48,790 nt of DNA from a virus (IMGVR_UViG_3300022187_000048:1-48790); one strand, 5' to 3'. Counted from the stretch's first letter, positions 28,320 through 38,358 are shown. The notes: a model not told the origin generated them from the letters alone. Numbers and translations: made by a program.

Positions 28320-28503
28320 TGATGCAGTAAAGAAATCTATCAAGCAGTTTCTGAAGGGCAAATTGCTCAAGGATACTGCAGCCCTGAAGCCAGACGGCGT
28401 GTTTTTTACCCCTGAGTACTTTGACGACTTAGAAGAAGAACTTCTAGACGAGAAGACTGACAGTACAATTGAGAAGGAAGAGGAGTTAGAAGATGAGGCT
28501 TAA
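28309..28503 (+). CDS. Small acidic hypothetical protein
   Basis: 64-aa ORF overlapping both neighbours by 11 nt. Confidence 0.6.
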   Translation: MTFDDAVKKSIKQFLKGKLLKDTAALKPDGVFFTPEYFDDLEEELLDEKTDSTIEKEEELEDEA

Positions 28504-29053
28504 TGCTCCAATTCCCGGTGCAAACTATTTGTCAGACACCCGCAACTATGCGTGGCACCGACCACCAGATATTGTAGATTATGACGAAGCAGTCAGCTAC
28601 TTGATTGATAAAATTGATGAGCCAGAGAAGAAGGAACTGGTCTTCGCTATGCTGGGCATAGACGCTCACATCACTACTATTGTAACTACCATACTCCTAC
28701 AGGCCGTGAGCAAGGGTAAGATAGGCATAGACCTAGCCATACTCTGCGCTGGCCCCCTAGCCCGTTACATTGAGATTTCCGCTAAGGACGTAGACATCAA
28801 GTATGAGATGGGTATTGAGGACAAGGACCGCGTAGCAATTACACCTACCCTACTCAAGATTTCTCTTGGAATGTCTATTGATGATCCAGAGGAACAGGCG
28901 ACTGGTGATATAGAACAATCTATGGTGCAGGAGGCCGCTAACCGAGGTCTCATGTCAATGCCTGAACCAAGCGACATGGTGGCTAGTCCTGAAGAGCAAG
29001 CGGCTATGCTAGGCGAAGTAACAGAAGAGGAGCCTGAAGATGAGCTTTCGTAG
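28493..29053 (+). CDS. Conserved internal-region protein
   Basis: APIPG...W.RPP motif, GLMS motif, GAGGAG RBS. Confidence 0.75.
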   Translation: MRLNAPIPGANYLSDTRNYAWHRPPDIVDYDEAVSYLIDKIDEPEKKELVFAMLGIDAHITTIVTTILLQAVSKGKIGIDLAILCAGPLARYIEISAKDVDIKYEMGIEDKDRVAITPTLLKISLGMSIDDPEEQATGDIEQSMVQEAANRGLMSMPEPSDMVASPEEQAAMLGEVTEEEPEDELS

Positions 29054-31481
29054 TGAGGCTGCAAAAGTACGTGCCAATATTGCCGCTGGTAATTACAAGG
29101 AGCCACGGGACTACTTCTCAGGTTTTGCCGACCAAATAGCCGCTGGTATACGTAGACAGGACGAGGCCAAACGCCAAGAGGAATTGGAGAAGCGGCGAGA
29201 GGCCCGCGCCAATGCCCGTTCAATTGCCAAGGCGCAGCGCGAAGAAGATAAAAAGGTACAGGCTCAGGAGCGTCTGGTTAACGGCTATTTGACTGTTAAG
29301 GGTTATGATGTAACCGAGGACAATAAGAATGCCGTCCGTAGTGTGGTCACTAACCTAGGAATTACTGGGTTTGCAGACCTAGACGCTATTATGAAGCAGT
29401 CTTCTAGTTACGTAGAGGGTACGCCACAGGCAGACATCGATCAGCAAATGAATGATCTAGGGCAGCTACGCCAAGGCGATGGCCCGTTTGAGGCTGAGAG
29501 TGCGCGTATCAATAATCTTTCTTCTGAAGGCCGTATTGAGTTTGGTCAGTCTAGAGGTAAGAACGTACTAGAGATGGATATTGATGAAGTTCGTTATGAG
29601 CTTTCTGATCAATCAATTACTGCAGAACGCCGTGCAGATTTAGATCGCAGACTAGCATCCTTCGGTGAAGCTGATTACATAAGTGTAGAGATGTTTCACC
29701 CAGATGGACGTAAGACTACTCCTAGAGATGCTGTGGAAGAAGCTCAATTACGCAAGCAGGGTTTTGATAGTATTCAACCTGCAGACCCTGCAGACTTCCC
29801 AACTCGTACTGTGTACAAAGATGGTGCGAAGTGGCCTATCTATGATAAAGCTACTTATGAACAGGCTATTAAGGATGAATGGTCTCCTGTAGAACCTGCG
29901 GAGCCTGAAGACTTTAAACCGCGTATGCTGTACAATGCTGCAGGAGAGTCCCAAGAGGTATTCAACCAAGAAGATTATGATGAGGCTATAAAAGCTAACT
30001 TCTCTCCTATTAAACCAGCGGCTACAGAAAAATACTCACGTACACTCTATAAAGATGGTGCGGAGTGGACTGTTAAATCTAAAGCCGAAGAACAAGAGGC
30101 TATTAACGATGAATGGTCTGTAATTAAACCTGCAGAACAACCAGACTACGTTAAGCAGACACTGTACTTAAATGGTTCCGAAGTAGAGGCAACTACTCAA
30201 GAGCAGTTTAAAAAATATACAGAGGACGGTTACAGTCCAGTCAAGCCAGCTAACCACGGTCAGATGCTTACGGCTAAACAGGCCGCTCTACAGAGCTTCA
30301 TGGAAGAAGAAGGTGTCTCTGATCTACAAGGCGAAGACTACCGCAACAAGCTAGCTGAATTTGAGCGTAATTGGGAAGAGCAGAGTAAGGCAGTCAAGGA
30401 TAAGCAGCAAAGCTACACATCCGCAAACTACACTGCAGACCTAATTAAGTTTGGTTCTATGCTGCTATCTGACGACGAAGCAGAGCGCAAAGAGGCTACT
30501 GAGTGGTTTAATACTACCAAGCCAATCATTGAAGGCTCTCTAAATACTGTAGCTGGCATGGACGATGCGGCTAAGGTAGAGGCACTAGTGGAGAGCGGTA
30601 TTGACCGTCAACGTGCCTTGGGTATCGTCAATGGTACTATTAAGGTGACTAGTGATGGCTTCGGCAGACCAGTCATCGTCGATACAGCCACAAACCAACA
30701 GAGTGAAATCGGGGGTACTGAGACTGTTGAGGATGCAACTTCTAGGATTGTGGAGTCTACCCTTACTGAAGAAGAAAAAGCCAACTTAGAGGCTGCAAAA
30801 CTTGAGATGGAAGAGGCATTAAAAGCCTCTGGTTTCTCAGGCAGTATTGAAGATTTAGAAAATATTCAGGCCGCATTTGGCCCTGAAGGTTTCTTTGGTA
30901 AAATAGGTAACAAATTTTCTGGTATCTTTAACCAGACAATGGCTCCTGATACTGCAGATGCGGCTACAACCTTAGATTCTCTGGTTAAGGTAACTAAGTT
31001 TAACATCATCTCTGCATTTCCCGGGCTACGAGACAGTGTACAGCTAAAAGCAGAGATTGAAGACCTGTTACCAAAATCTCAACAATTCTGGTACAGTAAA
31101 CCAGACGCTCTACGGGATATGAAGGCCATTAAAGACCTGCTAGACCAATCTATAATTAACCAAAAGAATATCATAGACAGTGTTGGTAACAAAGGTAACA
31201 TTAACACTGCCGCTGAGAGTAAAGCTAACGTAGCTATACGAGCCATTACTCCACTTTCTAAATTATATGATCAATTGATTAAGTCCATTGAGGGTAAGCA
31301 GGAAAGCGATAGTAAGGGTGTTACAGACAGCGTCTTTAAGTCTAATGCAGGTTCTTCTGATAGTACAAATACTTCCAGCCTACCCGTTGTAACTGGCACA
31401 GATGATCCAAAGTATGCCCAGATAAAGGCTGGCGAGAAGTATATCTACCAAGGCAAAACCTACATTAAAAAAGGTAAGTAA
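29040..31481 (+). CDS. Internal virion protein with five ~39-aa tandem repeats
   Basis: 813 aa; GFADQIAAGI start with coiled coil; repeats at ~29680-30250. Confidence 0.7.
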   Translation: MSFRSEAAKVRANIAAGNYKEPRDYFSGFADQIAAGIRRQDEAKRQEELEKRREARANARSIAKAQREEDKKVQAQERLVNGYLTVKGYDVTEDNKNAVRSVVTNLGITGFADLDAIMKQSSSYVEGTPQADIDQQMNDLGQLRQGDGPFEAESARINNLSSEGRIEFGQSRGKNVLEMDIDEVRYELSDQSITAERRADLDRRLASFGEADYISVEMFHPDGRKTTPRDAVEEAQLRKQGFDSIQPADPADFPTRTVYKDGAKWPIYDKATYEQAIKDEWSPVEPAEPEDFKPRMLYNAAGESQEVFNQEDYDEAIKANFSPIKPAATEKYSRTLYKDGAEWTVKSKAEEQEAINDEWSVIKPAEQPDYVKQTLYLNGSEVEATTQEQFKKYTEDGYSPVKPANHGQMLTAKQAALQSFMEEEGVSDLQGEDYRNKLAEFERNWEEQSKAVKDKQQSYTSANYTADLIKFGSMLLSDDEAERKEATEWFNTTKPIIEGSLNTVAGMDDAAKVEALVESGIDRQRALGIVNGTIKVTSDGFGRPVIVDTATNQQSEIGGTETVEDATSRIVESTLTEEEKANLEAAKLEMEEALKASGFSGSIEDLENIQAAFGPEGFFGKIGNKFSGIFNQTMAPDTADAATTLDSLVKVTKFNIISAFPGLRDSVQLKAEIEDLLPKSQQFWYSKPDALRDMKAIKDLLDQSIINQKNIIDSVGNKGNINTAAESKANVAIRAITPLSKLYDQLIKSIEGKQESDSKGVTDSVFKSNAGSSDSTNTSSLPVVTGTDDPKYAQIKAGEKYIYQGKTYIKKGK

Positions 31482-31482
31482 T

Positions 31483-34400
31483 ATGGCTGATGTAAATCCA
31501 TTTGGCGATGAAGCGGTAGATGAAAATCCGTTTGGTGACGAGCCTGTAGAAGAGCAACAGACTTCTGGAGAGTTAGACCTAGCCAAAATCCAACAGCGGC
31601 GTAACTCTGGAGAGAGCGACGAAGCTATTTTCAATGACATCGTCAGTCAGGCTGGTACTGCCTTTAACATGGATGGTAAGCCATTCGACTTGGCCCCAGC
31701 TATTCAAGATGGTGTCCCGCCTACTGCCCTACTAGACTTCATTATGTCTGGTAATACTATTGATACTAGCATTGATAGCGGCGTTAAGGCTGGTGTTAAG
31801 GGTGTTGGTACTGCAGCTACAAACCTTCTTGGCCTACCCGTCGATTTAGTTAACATGGGGTTAACGTCTGGTGAGAGTTTATTCCGACAGGGAGTAAACA
31901 AGCTGGCTAGCATTAATGCTCCCGAAGGCGTGGACGATCCCAACTCCCCTAATTATGACCCAGAGTTTTATCTAAGCACAGACCCAAAAGACTTTGTAGT
32001 AGGAGGTAATCCCGCGCCTCTGGGCAGTAGTCAAAATATAAGAAATATAGGTAATGCGGTTCTTGGCGAGAATACCTACGTCACTAGGGAGAATGTGCCA
32101 GAAGAATACCGCGCACAGTTTGGCGTTAGTCGTGTAGTCACTGAAAACCTTGTTCCAGCCTTTGCTATTTTAAAGACTGCTAAGGCAGGTATTGGCCTTA
32201 CTAATCCACTTATAAAAGAAGCTGCACAGAACCCTACTCGCTTTCGTAATATTGAAGGCGGTGCCACAGCGGGTGCGGCTGGACTGACTGCGTTTATTGA
32301 GAAGGCTGGTCTGGGAGATAACCCTTGGGCGCAAATGGGAGCAGAGTTCTTAGGTGCGTTAGTAGGCGGTAATGCTGCCTCTGCCACTTCTAGAGTTGGT
32401 GGAATTGCAGACGCTACCAGTAAGACCCTAGAAGACTTAGTCGCTGGCTTCAGCGATGGGGCCGCTCGTAAGGGTGCCGTCAATGACATACTACTAGCTG
32501 CACAGCAACAGCGTAAGATACTCCTAGATCAAGCTAAGGCGGCTACTGACGCGGGGGATACTACCCTAGCAGATCGTCTTACTGAGGCGGCTGATGCACA
32601 CACTCCAGAGCGTATTATCCAAGACCTAGAGACCTCTCTTGCGCTGGGAGATGCCAGCCCAGTAGACGGAGTAAACCTACCCGCTGGTACTCTTACCGAT
32701 AACCCTACACTAGTAGCTATACAGAACGGACTAATTAGTGGTAGCTCTGATAAAGGTATAAACTTTTCCGCTGCAGTAGCCGAAGAGGTTAATACAGCAC
32801 TTTCCCAAATTTTGGCTACATCTGAGCGTCTTGCCAGAGCAGGTAACCAGTTCGCAGCCGATACTCTACGTGAACGCTACTTCCAAAACATATTAGACAC
32901 ACGTATCAAATTGGCACAAGACGAGGCAAATGCTAGGTTAACAAATCTATCACCTGATATGCGCCAGACTGAGGCTTCTAAAGTCGCCCAGCAAACTCTA
33001 TTCGAGGCTAGAGCAAATATCATTGAAATGGAAGATTACTTGTATGGACGTATTGATGACGGCCTACAAGTAGATGCCTCTAATGTAGATCGAACAATCT
33101 CAGAGATGCGCAGGACGCGGCTTCTAGACGGCGAGACTATCGCTGGCGGTGGGCAACTAGACGCTGCAATTAATAATTTTGCCATGAAGGCCCGTGAGGG
33201 TACGTTATCAGTGGCAGAAGTTCGTAGATTTAGGTCTCGTATGCTGGAAGCTGCCAGAGAAGCGGCTGATAAGTCTGAGTTTACCAGAGCGGGTATCTTT
33301 GACGAGCTTGCCAATGCTTCCGTAGACTCACTAAATGCTATCCCCTACGAAATTGGTGGTGAAGCTGTAGAAACTGCACGTAAATTTAGCAGTCTAAAGC
33401 ATGAACGCTTTACTCGCTACTTCAATATGGATGCCCTTAGTACCGTAGGTACAGGTGGCACTGCTATGCGTCCTGAACAAGTACTAGAAAACGCTCTAGC
33501 TGGTACTCCAATTAATCGCGCACAGAACTTATCTGAAATGCGTGGAGCTACAGAGTTTTCAGACACTATGGGGCCACGGGTCAATGACCTAAAGGAGCGG
33601 GAACTTCAGGCAGAGTTCGATAAGTTTGCTAGGGGTATTGGCGCGGAGCCTAATGACATTACCATGCCAGCGGAGCTTACTGCCCCAAGCACCACCCTAC
33701 CCTCTACGAAGACTACGCCCGATCCTCAGAGAATGAGTCCAACTGATCGTCCTGCAGAGGGTGAACTAAGTCAGGCACAACAGGCGGCTGAACTGCTATT
33801 CCGATTTGCTAATAAGATGGAAGCTGATGGTAGAATGGATTTGGCAGAAGAGGCCAGACGCAGGGCGCAAGCATTCGACCAGTATCGTGGTCCACAGGGA
33901 GAAGAATACTTCGATCCCAAAGCTCCCTCACCAGAAGCTGAACCAGTAGACGACTTCCAGCTAAATGAGGGCGGTGATACTACGTCAGTAGCATTCCCTG
34001 ATGACACTACTCCTGTAGAGCTTGCCCCTCGTATGTCTAATGCTCAGGAACAGTTCTTACGAGGTGCGGTCACTAGACTGCGTAATACAGACGGAACTAT
34101 TGACACAGCTAAACTAGAGAACTTTATGTCTGCTACTGAGAATGCAGACGCGCTAGAGGGTTTCCCTAATTTTAGAGCGGAACTCACTAGCCTACTAGAT
34201 GCGCAGAGAACTGCAGACGAAATATTTAAGCAGTTTAGCGCGATAGCAGAGACTGGTAAGTTACCAGAAGCTATAGGTAAGGTACTCAACTCCAACAAGC
34301 CCGTAGACGATTACGTTAAGTTAGCTAACGAGGCTATGGGTGATCAGAATGCGCTCAGAGACTTGCGCATGGCTACCATCGACACACTATTTGAGGGTGC

Positions 34401-35100
34401 TAGAGATGCTAATGATAACCCAGACTTCTTCAAGCTAACTACTGAGCTTACTCGACCACTGAGTGGACGGGCCGACGACCTCAGCATCTTAGAGATTATG
34501 GAGCAGCAAGGCGTAATTGGCTCTGAAGACATCAGCAACATTGGTCAGCTAATTCAAGAGGGCTTACGTATTCAACGTAGCACAATGACCCCTGCCCAGT
34601 TTAATGAAGTAGTCAAGCCAGCCAGTGACATAGTCAGTAACACAGCCCGTATCTTCGGTGCTAACTTCGGTGCTATGTTTGGTATGGGCGAAGGCTCACA
34701 GCTACAGGCGGCGGCTATCGGTTCGGCTGCATTCAAGAAACTCGTAGCTGGACTGCCAATGGGGAACAAACTGGAGCAGATGAAAATCCTTATGCTCCAA
34801 CCAAGAGTACTGAAAGGTGCCATCCAAGATAATCCAGATATTAGACGCGGTGCCTTGGACAGTGTCAAAGAGTTTATGATCAAGTATGGTTCTGAGTTTA
34901 AAGGTCTCAGCAAGACGCAGAAAGCTGGTAAACTCGCCAAGGACGTAACTGTAGGAGCAGCTACGGCGACAGGCAGAGGAATTGTGAATAGAGCATCGGA
35001 AGCACCTATAGCAACGTCCTCTGCCTTGAGCGAAGCAACTCAACAGGATGAACGTCCTACGGTGACAGTGGATGATCAGATGATGGATTTGTTTCCTTAA
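31483..35100 (+). CDS. Large internal virion (ejection) protein
   Basis: 1205 aa, mostly helical, NPFGDE repeats at the N-terminus, GLPVDLVN motif; last gene of the structural arm. Confidence 0.7.
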   Translation: MADVNPFGDEAVDENPFGDEPVEEQQTSGELDLAKIQQRRNSGESDEAIFNDIVSQAGTAFNMDGKPFDLAPAIQDGVPPTALLDFIMSGNTIDTSIDSGVKAGVKGVGTAATNLLGLPVDLVNMGLTSGESLFRQGVNKLASINAPEGVDDPNSPNYDPEFYLSTDPKDFVVGGNPAPLGSSQNIRNIGNAVLGENTYVTRENVPEEYRAQFGVSRVVTENLVPAFAILKTAKAGIGLTNPLIKEAAQNPTRFRNIEGGATAGAAGLTAFIEKAGLGDNPWAQMGAEFLGALVGGNAASATSRVGGIADATSKTLEDLVAGFSDGAARKGAVNDILLAAQQQRKILLDQAKAATDAGDTTLADRLTEAADAHTPERIIQDLETSLALGDASPVDGVNLPAGTLTDNPTLVAIQNGLISGSSDKGINFSAAVAEEVNTALSQILATSERLARAGNQFAADTLRERYFQNILDTRIKLAQDEANARLTNLSPDMRQTEASKVAQQTLFEARANIIEMEDYLYGRIDDGLQVDASNVDRTISEMRRTRLLDGETIAGGGQLDAAINNFAMKAREGTLSVAEVRRFRSRMLEAAREAADKSEFTRAGIFDELANASVDSLNAIPYEIGGEAVETARKFSSLKHERFTRYFNMDALSTVGTGGTAMRPEQVLENALAGTPINRAQNLSEMRGATEFSDTMGPRVNDLKERELQAEFDKFARGIGAEPNDITMPAELTAPSTTLPSTKTTPDPQRMSPTDRPAEGELSQAQQAAELLFRFANKMEADGRMDLAEEARRRAQAFDQYRGPQGEEYFDPKAPSPEAEPVDDFQLNEGGDTTSVAFPDDTTPVELAPRMSNAQEQFLRGAVTRLRNTDGTIDTAKLENFMSATENADALEGFPNFRAELTSLLDAQRTADEIFKQFSAIAETGKLPEAIGKVLNSNKPVDDYVKLANEAMGDQNALRDLRMATIDTLFEGARDANDNPDFFKLTTELTRPLSGRADDLSILEIMEQQGVIGSEDISNIGQLIQEGLRIQRSTMTPAQFNEVVKPASDIVSNTARIFGANFGAMFGMGEGSQLQAAAIGSAAFKKLVAGLPMGNKLEQMKILMLQPRVLKGAIQDNPDIRRGALDSVKEFMIKYGSEFKGLSKTQKAGKLAKDVTVGAATATGRGIVNRASEAPIATSSALSEATQQDERPTVTVDDQMMDLFP

Positions 35101-35174
35101 ATAAAGAAACCCCCACCATCTCTGGCAGGGGTCTCAACCAACGAACAAGGTGGACCAATCTCGACCTCATTCGC
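35101..35174 (-). ncRNA. Candidate small antisense regulatory RNA (~72 nt, two hairpins)
   Basis: Promoter TTGACC-N18-TAAAAT upstream; 5' stem GCGAAUGAGG/CCUUGUUCGU; terminator with GAGA tetraloop and U-tail; G-U pairs work only on this strand; complementary to five translation-initiation regions. Confidence 0.7.
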
Positions 35175-35178
35175 TAGT

Positions 35179-35208
35179 ATTTTAACAAAAAATAAGCCCA
35201 TAGGTCAA
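35179..35208 (-). promoter_or_regulatory. Sigma70-type promoter of the candidate sRNA
   Basis: TTGACC (35208-35203), 18-nt spacer, TAAAAT (35184-35179). Confidence 0.6.
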
Positions 35209-35230
35209 GCGATCTGTGGGCTATTTTATT
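35187..35230. terminator. Probable bidirectional terminator between the two arms
   Basis: 12-bp stem AGCCCATAGGTC/GATCTGTGGGCT flanked by an A-tract and a T-rich tract. Confidence 0.7.
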
Positions 35231-35232
35231 GC

Positions 35233-36975
35233 TTATTCACATTTTCTCAGGCCAGTGGCTACGTCAAAATAACACGCCCCACCCTCTTCAATGAAGTTGT
35301 CTTCTTCAGTCTGTGGCTCTTCGGCAATATCCTCTGAAGCGGCTGCATTCAGGATACCATACCGCTTACCTGAAGCTCTGAAAGTTGTACATCCAGACGA
35401 CCCACCTTCGTAGGCTTTCATGTAGACATCCTTGAACTCTTCCCAAGAGATGTTGTCTCCTACGTTGCAGGTCTTAGAACAGGCACTGTCTACATAGCGA
35501 GAGGCTACGTTAAGAACTTTAACGTGGTCAAACACTGATAGCTCGTCGGCTGTCTTGCCCTTCACGCCAAACACACGATAGCCATAATCTTCAACCCGCT
35601 CTACTTTAGGGCCGTCGAAGGTCTGGATAGTTCTATCGTAGTAATGTGAGAAGACTGGTTCAATCCCAGAGGATACGTTGTCGGCTGACAGGCTGATAGT
35701 TCCTGTCGGAGCAACAGAAAGAAGATGACTGTTACGAATACCGTGCTGGCTAATGAGATCACGAATATCGTGAGGCAGAGTAGTAGCAAACTCAGAGCCA
35801 AGATATGCCTGAGTAAATAGAGGAAACGGACCCTTCTCAATAGCCAATTCCACAGAAGTACGATACGCCACATTCCTAATAACCCCCATAATCTCTTCTA
35901 GGGTACGTAGGAAAGGCTCACTGCCGTACTCAAAGCCCAATGCCTCAATGGCATTAGCTACGCCAGTAACTCCCAGCCCCATACGGCGTTTGCTTTTAGC
36001 TTCCTGCTCTTGCTCTGGCAGCGGATATGTTGCACGGTCTACTACATTGTCCATTGCACGTACTACGTGAGGGATGTCGTTACGTAGCTGGTTCATATTG
36101 AACACATACTTGCCGTCATGCTCTACTATGTATTTAGCCAAATTAAATGAGCCTAGTAGACACGCACCGTTTGGCGGTAGAGGTTGCTCACCGCATGGGT
36201 TTGTAGCGGCAATCTTCTCACAGTAGTGTAGGTTGTTCTTGCGATTAATACGGTCAATAAACAGGATTCCCGGTTCTGCCCAGTCCCACGTACTACGTAG
36301 AATGTCATCCCACAATGCACGTGCAGAAACTGTCTTATAGACACGGCCTTCAAAGACTAGATCAAAGTCAGCATCCTCTTTGACTGCCTTCATAAACGCA
36401 TCTGTCACGCCAACTGAGATGTTAAACTGCGTAAGCTCAGTGCTGTTGTTCTTTGCGCGAATAAACTGCTCAATATCTGGATGGTCTACACGTAGGACAC
36501 CCATCTGTGCGCCTCTACGGTGTCCTGCAGAGCTAATTGTCTTACAGATTGCGTCGAAGATGCCCATAAAGCTCATTGGGCCACTGGAGCGGCTGTCTAG
36601 GCTGCGTATGAGTGCGCCACGTGGACGTAGAGTACTGAAGTCATAGCCAATACCGCCACCAAGCTGCATAGTCTTGGCTGCGTTACGTGCGGCTTGCATG
36701 ATACCTTCCATACTGTCCTCGATAGTCATAGAAACGAAGCAGTTATATGGAGTTACGCGGCGGGGTGCGCCCATAGCAGACTGTACTCGACCCGCTGGCA
36801 GGAAACGCTGGTTATATAGAATATTTCGAAAGTTATTGAAATGAGATTCATTATCTTTCAGTGCTTCGGCTACACGTGTCATAGCCTCGCGGAAAGTTTC
36901 CCCCTCAGACCTGTACTTCTGGGCATGAATTTCCTCAGAAATTGATAGGGTTGGTCCGTATTCGTTTTTTATCAT
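35233..36975 (-). CDS. nrdJ: Class II (adenosylcobalamin-dependent) ribonucleotide reductase
   Basis: FLPAGR, NCFV, GGGIG, TNPCGE, SVAPTGTIS, C-terminal Cys pair; no beta-subunit gene in window; GAGGAG RBS before ATG 36975. Confidence 0.85.
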   Translation of the reverse strand: MIKNEYGPTLSISEEIHAQKYRSEGETFREAMTRVAEALKDNESHFNNFRNILYNQRFLPAGRVQSAMGAPRRVTPYNCFVSMTIEDSMEGIMQAARNAAKTMQLGGGIGYDFSTLRPRGALIRSLDSRSSGPMSFMGIFDAICKTISSAGHRRGAQMGVLRVDHPDIEQFIRAKNNSTELTQFNISVGVTDAFMKAVKEDADFDLVFEGRVYKTVSARALWDDILRSTWDWAEPGILFIDRINRKNNLHYCEKIAATNPCGEQPLPPNGACLLGSFNLAKYIVEHDGKYVFNMNQLRNDIPHVVRAMDNVVDRATYPLPEQEQEAKSKRRMGLGVTGVANAIEALGFEYGSEPFLRTLEEIMGVIRNVAYRTSVELAIEKGPFPLFTQAYLGSEFATTLPHDIRDLISQHGIRNSHLLSVAPTGTISLSADNVSSGIEPVFSHYYDRTIQTFDGPKVERVEDYGYRVFGVKGKTADELSVFDHVKVLNVASRYVDSACSKTCNVGDNISWEEFKDVYMKAYEGGSSGCTTFRASGKRYGILNAAASEDIAEEPQTEEDNFIEEGGACYFDVATGLRKCE

Positions 36976-36986
36976 TGATTTGCTCC

Positions 36987-37427
36987 TCAAACTAAATCTT
37001 TTAAGTCAGGGGCTGCGTAGTGTGGCCCCTTTAGTACCTTTCCGTCTTCTCGATAGATTGGTTGCCCATCGCTACCCAACTTGCTCATATTGGATGCGTG
37101 GACACGACGAACTGCTTCGTCTAAATCCCAGCCAAATGTGGCTGCGAAACCGTATGTTACGTAGACAAGATCAGCTAATTCCTTCAGTAGGTTTTCAGGT
37201 GTATTTGCATCTGCTACTTCCTGAAATTCCTCATCTAGAAGATTGAAGCGCAGCATATCCTTGTCGCTACCCTTCTCCCAAGTATGGCCCGTAGATTGTC
37301 CGTAAATACGAGCAAACTGCTCCACCATATTCAGCGGTGTCTTGTTTAGGTAAGTATTTGAATCTCTTATTAATTCATTGTCGTGGTCATAATACTCAAA
37401 TGCCACGATATCATCCTTTGAAATCAT
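36987..37427 (-). CDS. MazG-like nucleotide pyrophosphohydrolase
   Basis: LLDEEFQE...LKELADLVYV, VHASNMSK, REDGKVLKGP. Confidence 0.88.
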   Translation of the reverse strand: MISKDDIVAFEYYDHDNELIRDSNTYLNKTPLNMVEQFARIYGQSTGHTWEKGSDKDMLRFNLLDEEFQEVADANTPENLLKELADLVYVTYGFAATFGWDLDEAVRRVHASNMSKLGSDGQPIYREDGKVLKGPHYAAPDLKDLV

Positions 37428-37695
37428 GTTGGTTTTCCTCGACCTTTTTTATTAATCGGTCCAAGTACCAACGCGCCTTCTTCAGATCTTCTAAGCCATT
37501 CTTATAGGGCCACCGCCAGAGGTACTTGAAACAGTTCTGCCAGCAATAGGCTTCGTGGCTAGGGATATCGCAGCCCTCTGCCATAGCTTCCATTGCGTCG
37601 ATGCACTCGATATGGCTACCGTTGTAGTGTGGCGGCTTCTCCACCATATCTGGAGTTACATAGCTATCAGCATTCATTCTATTTCTTGAATGCAT
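37411..37695 (-). CDS. DUF3310 protein (T7 gp1.7-like)
   Basis: V..PPHY...IECIDA...N..KYLWR..YKNGLEDLKKARWYL; true start may be 37677. Confidence 0.88.
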   Translation of the reverse strand: MHSRNRMNADSYVTPDMVEKPPHYNGSHIECIDAMEAMAEGCDIPSHEAYCWQNCFKYLWRWPYKNGLEDLKKARWYLDRLIKKVEENQHDFKG

Positions 37696-38009
37696 TAGTG
37701 TAGCTTCCTTGGAAATTTAACTACTTTAGCATCTGCAATAGCTTCCAGAAGTTCGTCGTCTGGCTCGAAGTCTATTTCCGAATTATTGTATTCTTCCAGT
37801 TTGCTCAGAATACCGCCTACAAAGCGTAGGTAATCCATGCCACCGTCTAGGACTAGGCAGAGGCCATTGTAGATGTCTACAAGTGTCTGAGCTTGTTCTG
37901 GGTCTAAGTCTTCACTAGTGTGCTGCGCAGAGGTAATGGAGAGCGTTTCAGCTTCTTCATCCAAGCTAATGACTAGCATTATGCTATTTTCTGGTAGGTC
38001 TTCTGTCAC
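37695..38009 (-). CDS. Hypothetical acidic protein
   Basis: 104 aa; GGAG RBS before GTG; C-terminal KVVKF..KLH. Confidence 0.75.
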   Translation of the reverse strand: MTEDLPENSIMLVISLDEEAETLSITSAQHTSEDLDPEQAQTLVDIYNGLCLVLDGGMDYLRFVGGILSKLEEYNNSEIDFEPDDELLEAIADAKVVKFPRKLH

Positions 38010-38358
38010 GTTTTGCTCCTGCTAATTTAAAAAAATGTTCTGCGTCCATGACAGCCAAGGGTTTCTGGCGATCACCTTTAATAATTGCCACTGGCTCCGC
38101 TCCCTTCGGACAGTTCTCAGCGGCCTGATCCATAACTTTGTAGATGGCGAAACTCTTGAAAGCCTTACACTCTACAGAGTATGGGAAGAGGCGTCTGGCG
38201 GCGGGACTTAACTGAATGTCCTCACCGCCAGCCCCCATCGAAGTGCTTCTGACATCGTCAGGGAGGAGCAGCCTTGGGAATAGAGCGAGAATGCGGTCTC
38301 TAACCCATTGCTGATGTCGTCGGCCCTTCGCCTTGGCACTGGATGTTTTTATAGCCAT
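37984..38358 (-). CDS. PD-(D/E)XK endonuclease, Holliday junction resolvase-like
   Basis: KAKGR...GEDI...SVECKA motifs. Confidence 0.8.
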   Translation of the reverse strand: MAIKTSSAKAKGRRHQQWVRDRILALFPRLLLPDDVRSTSMGAGGEDIQLSPAARRLFPYSVECKAFKSFAIYKVMDQAAENCPKGAEPVAIIKGDRQKPLAVMDAEHFFKLAGAKRDRRPTRK

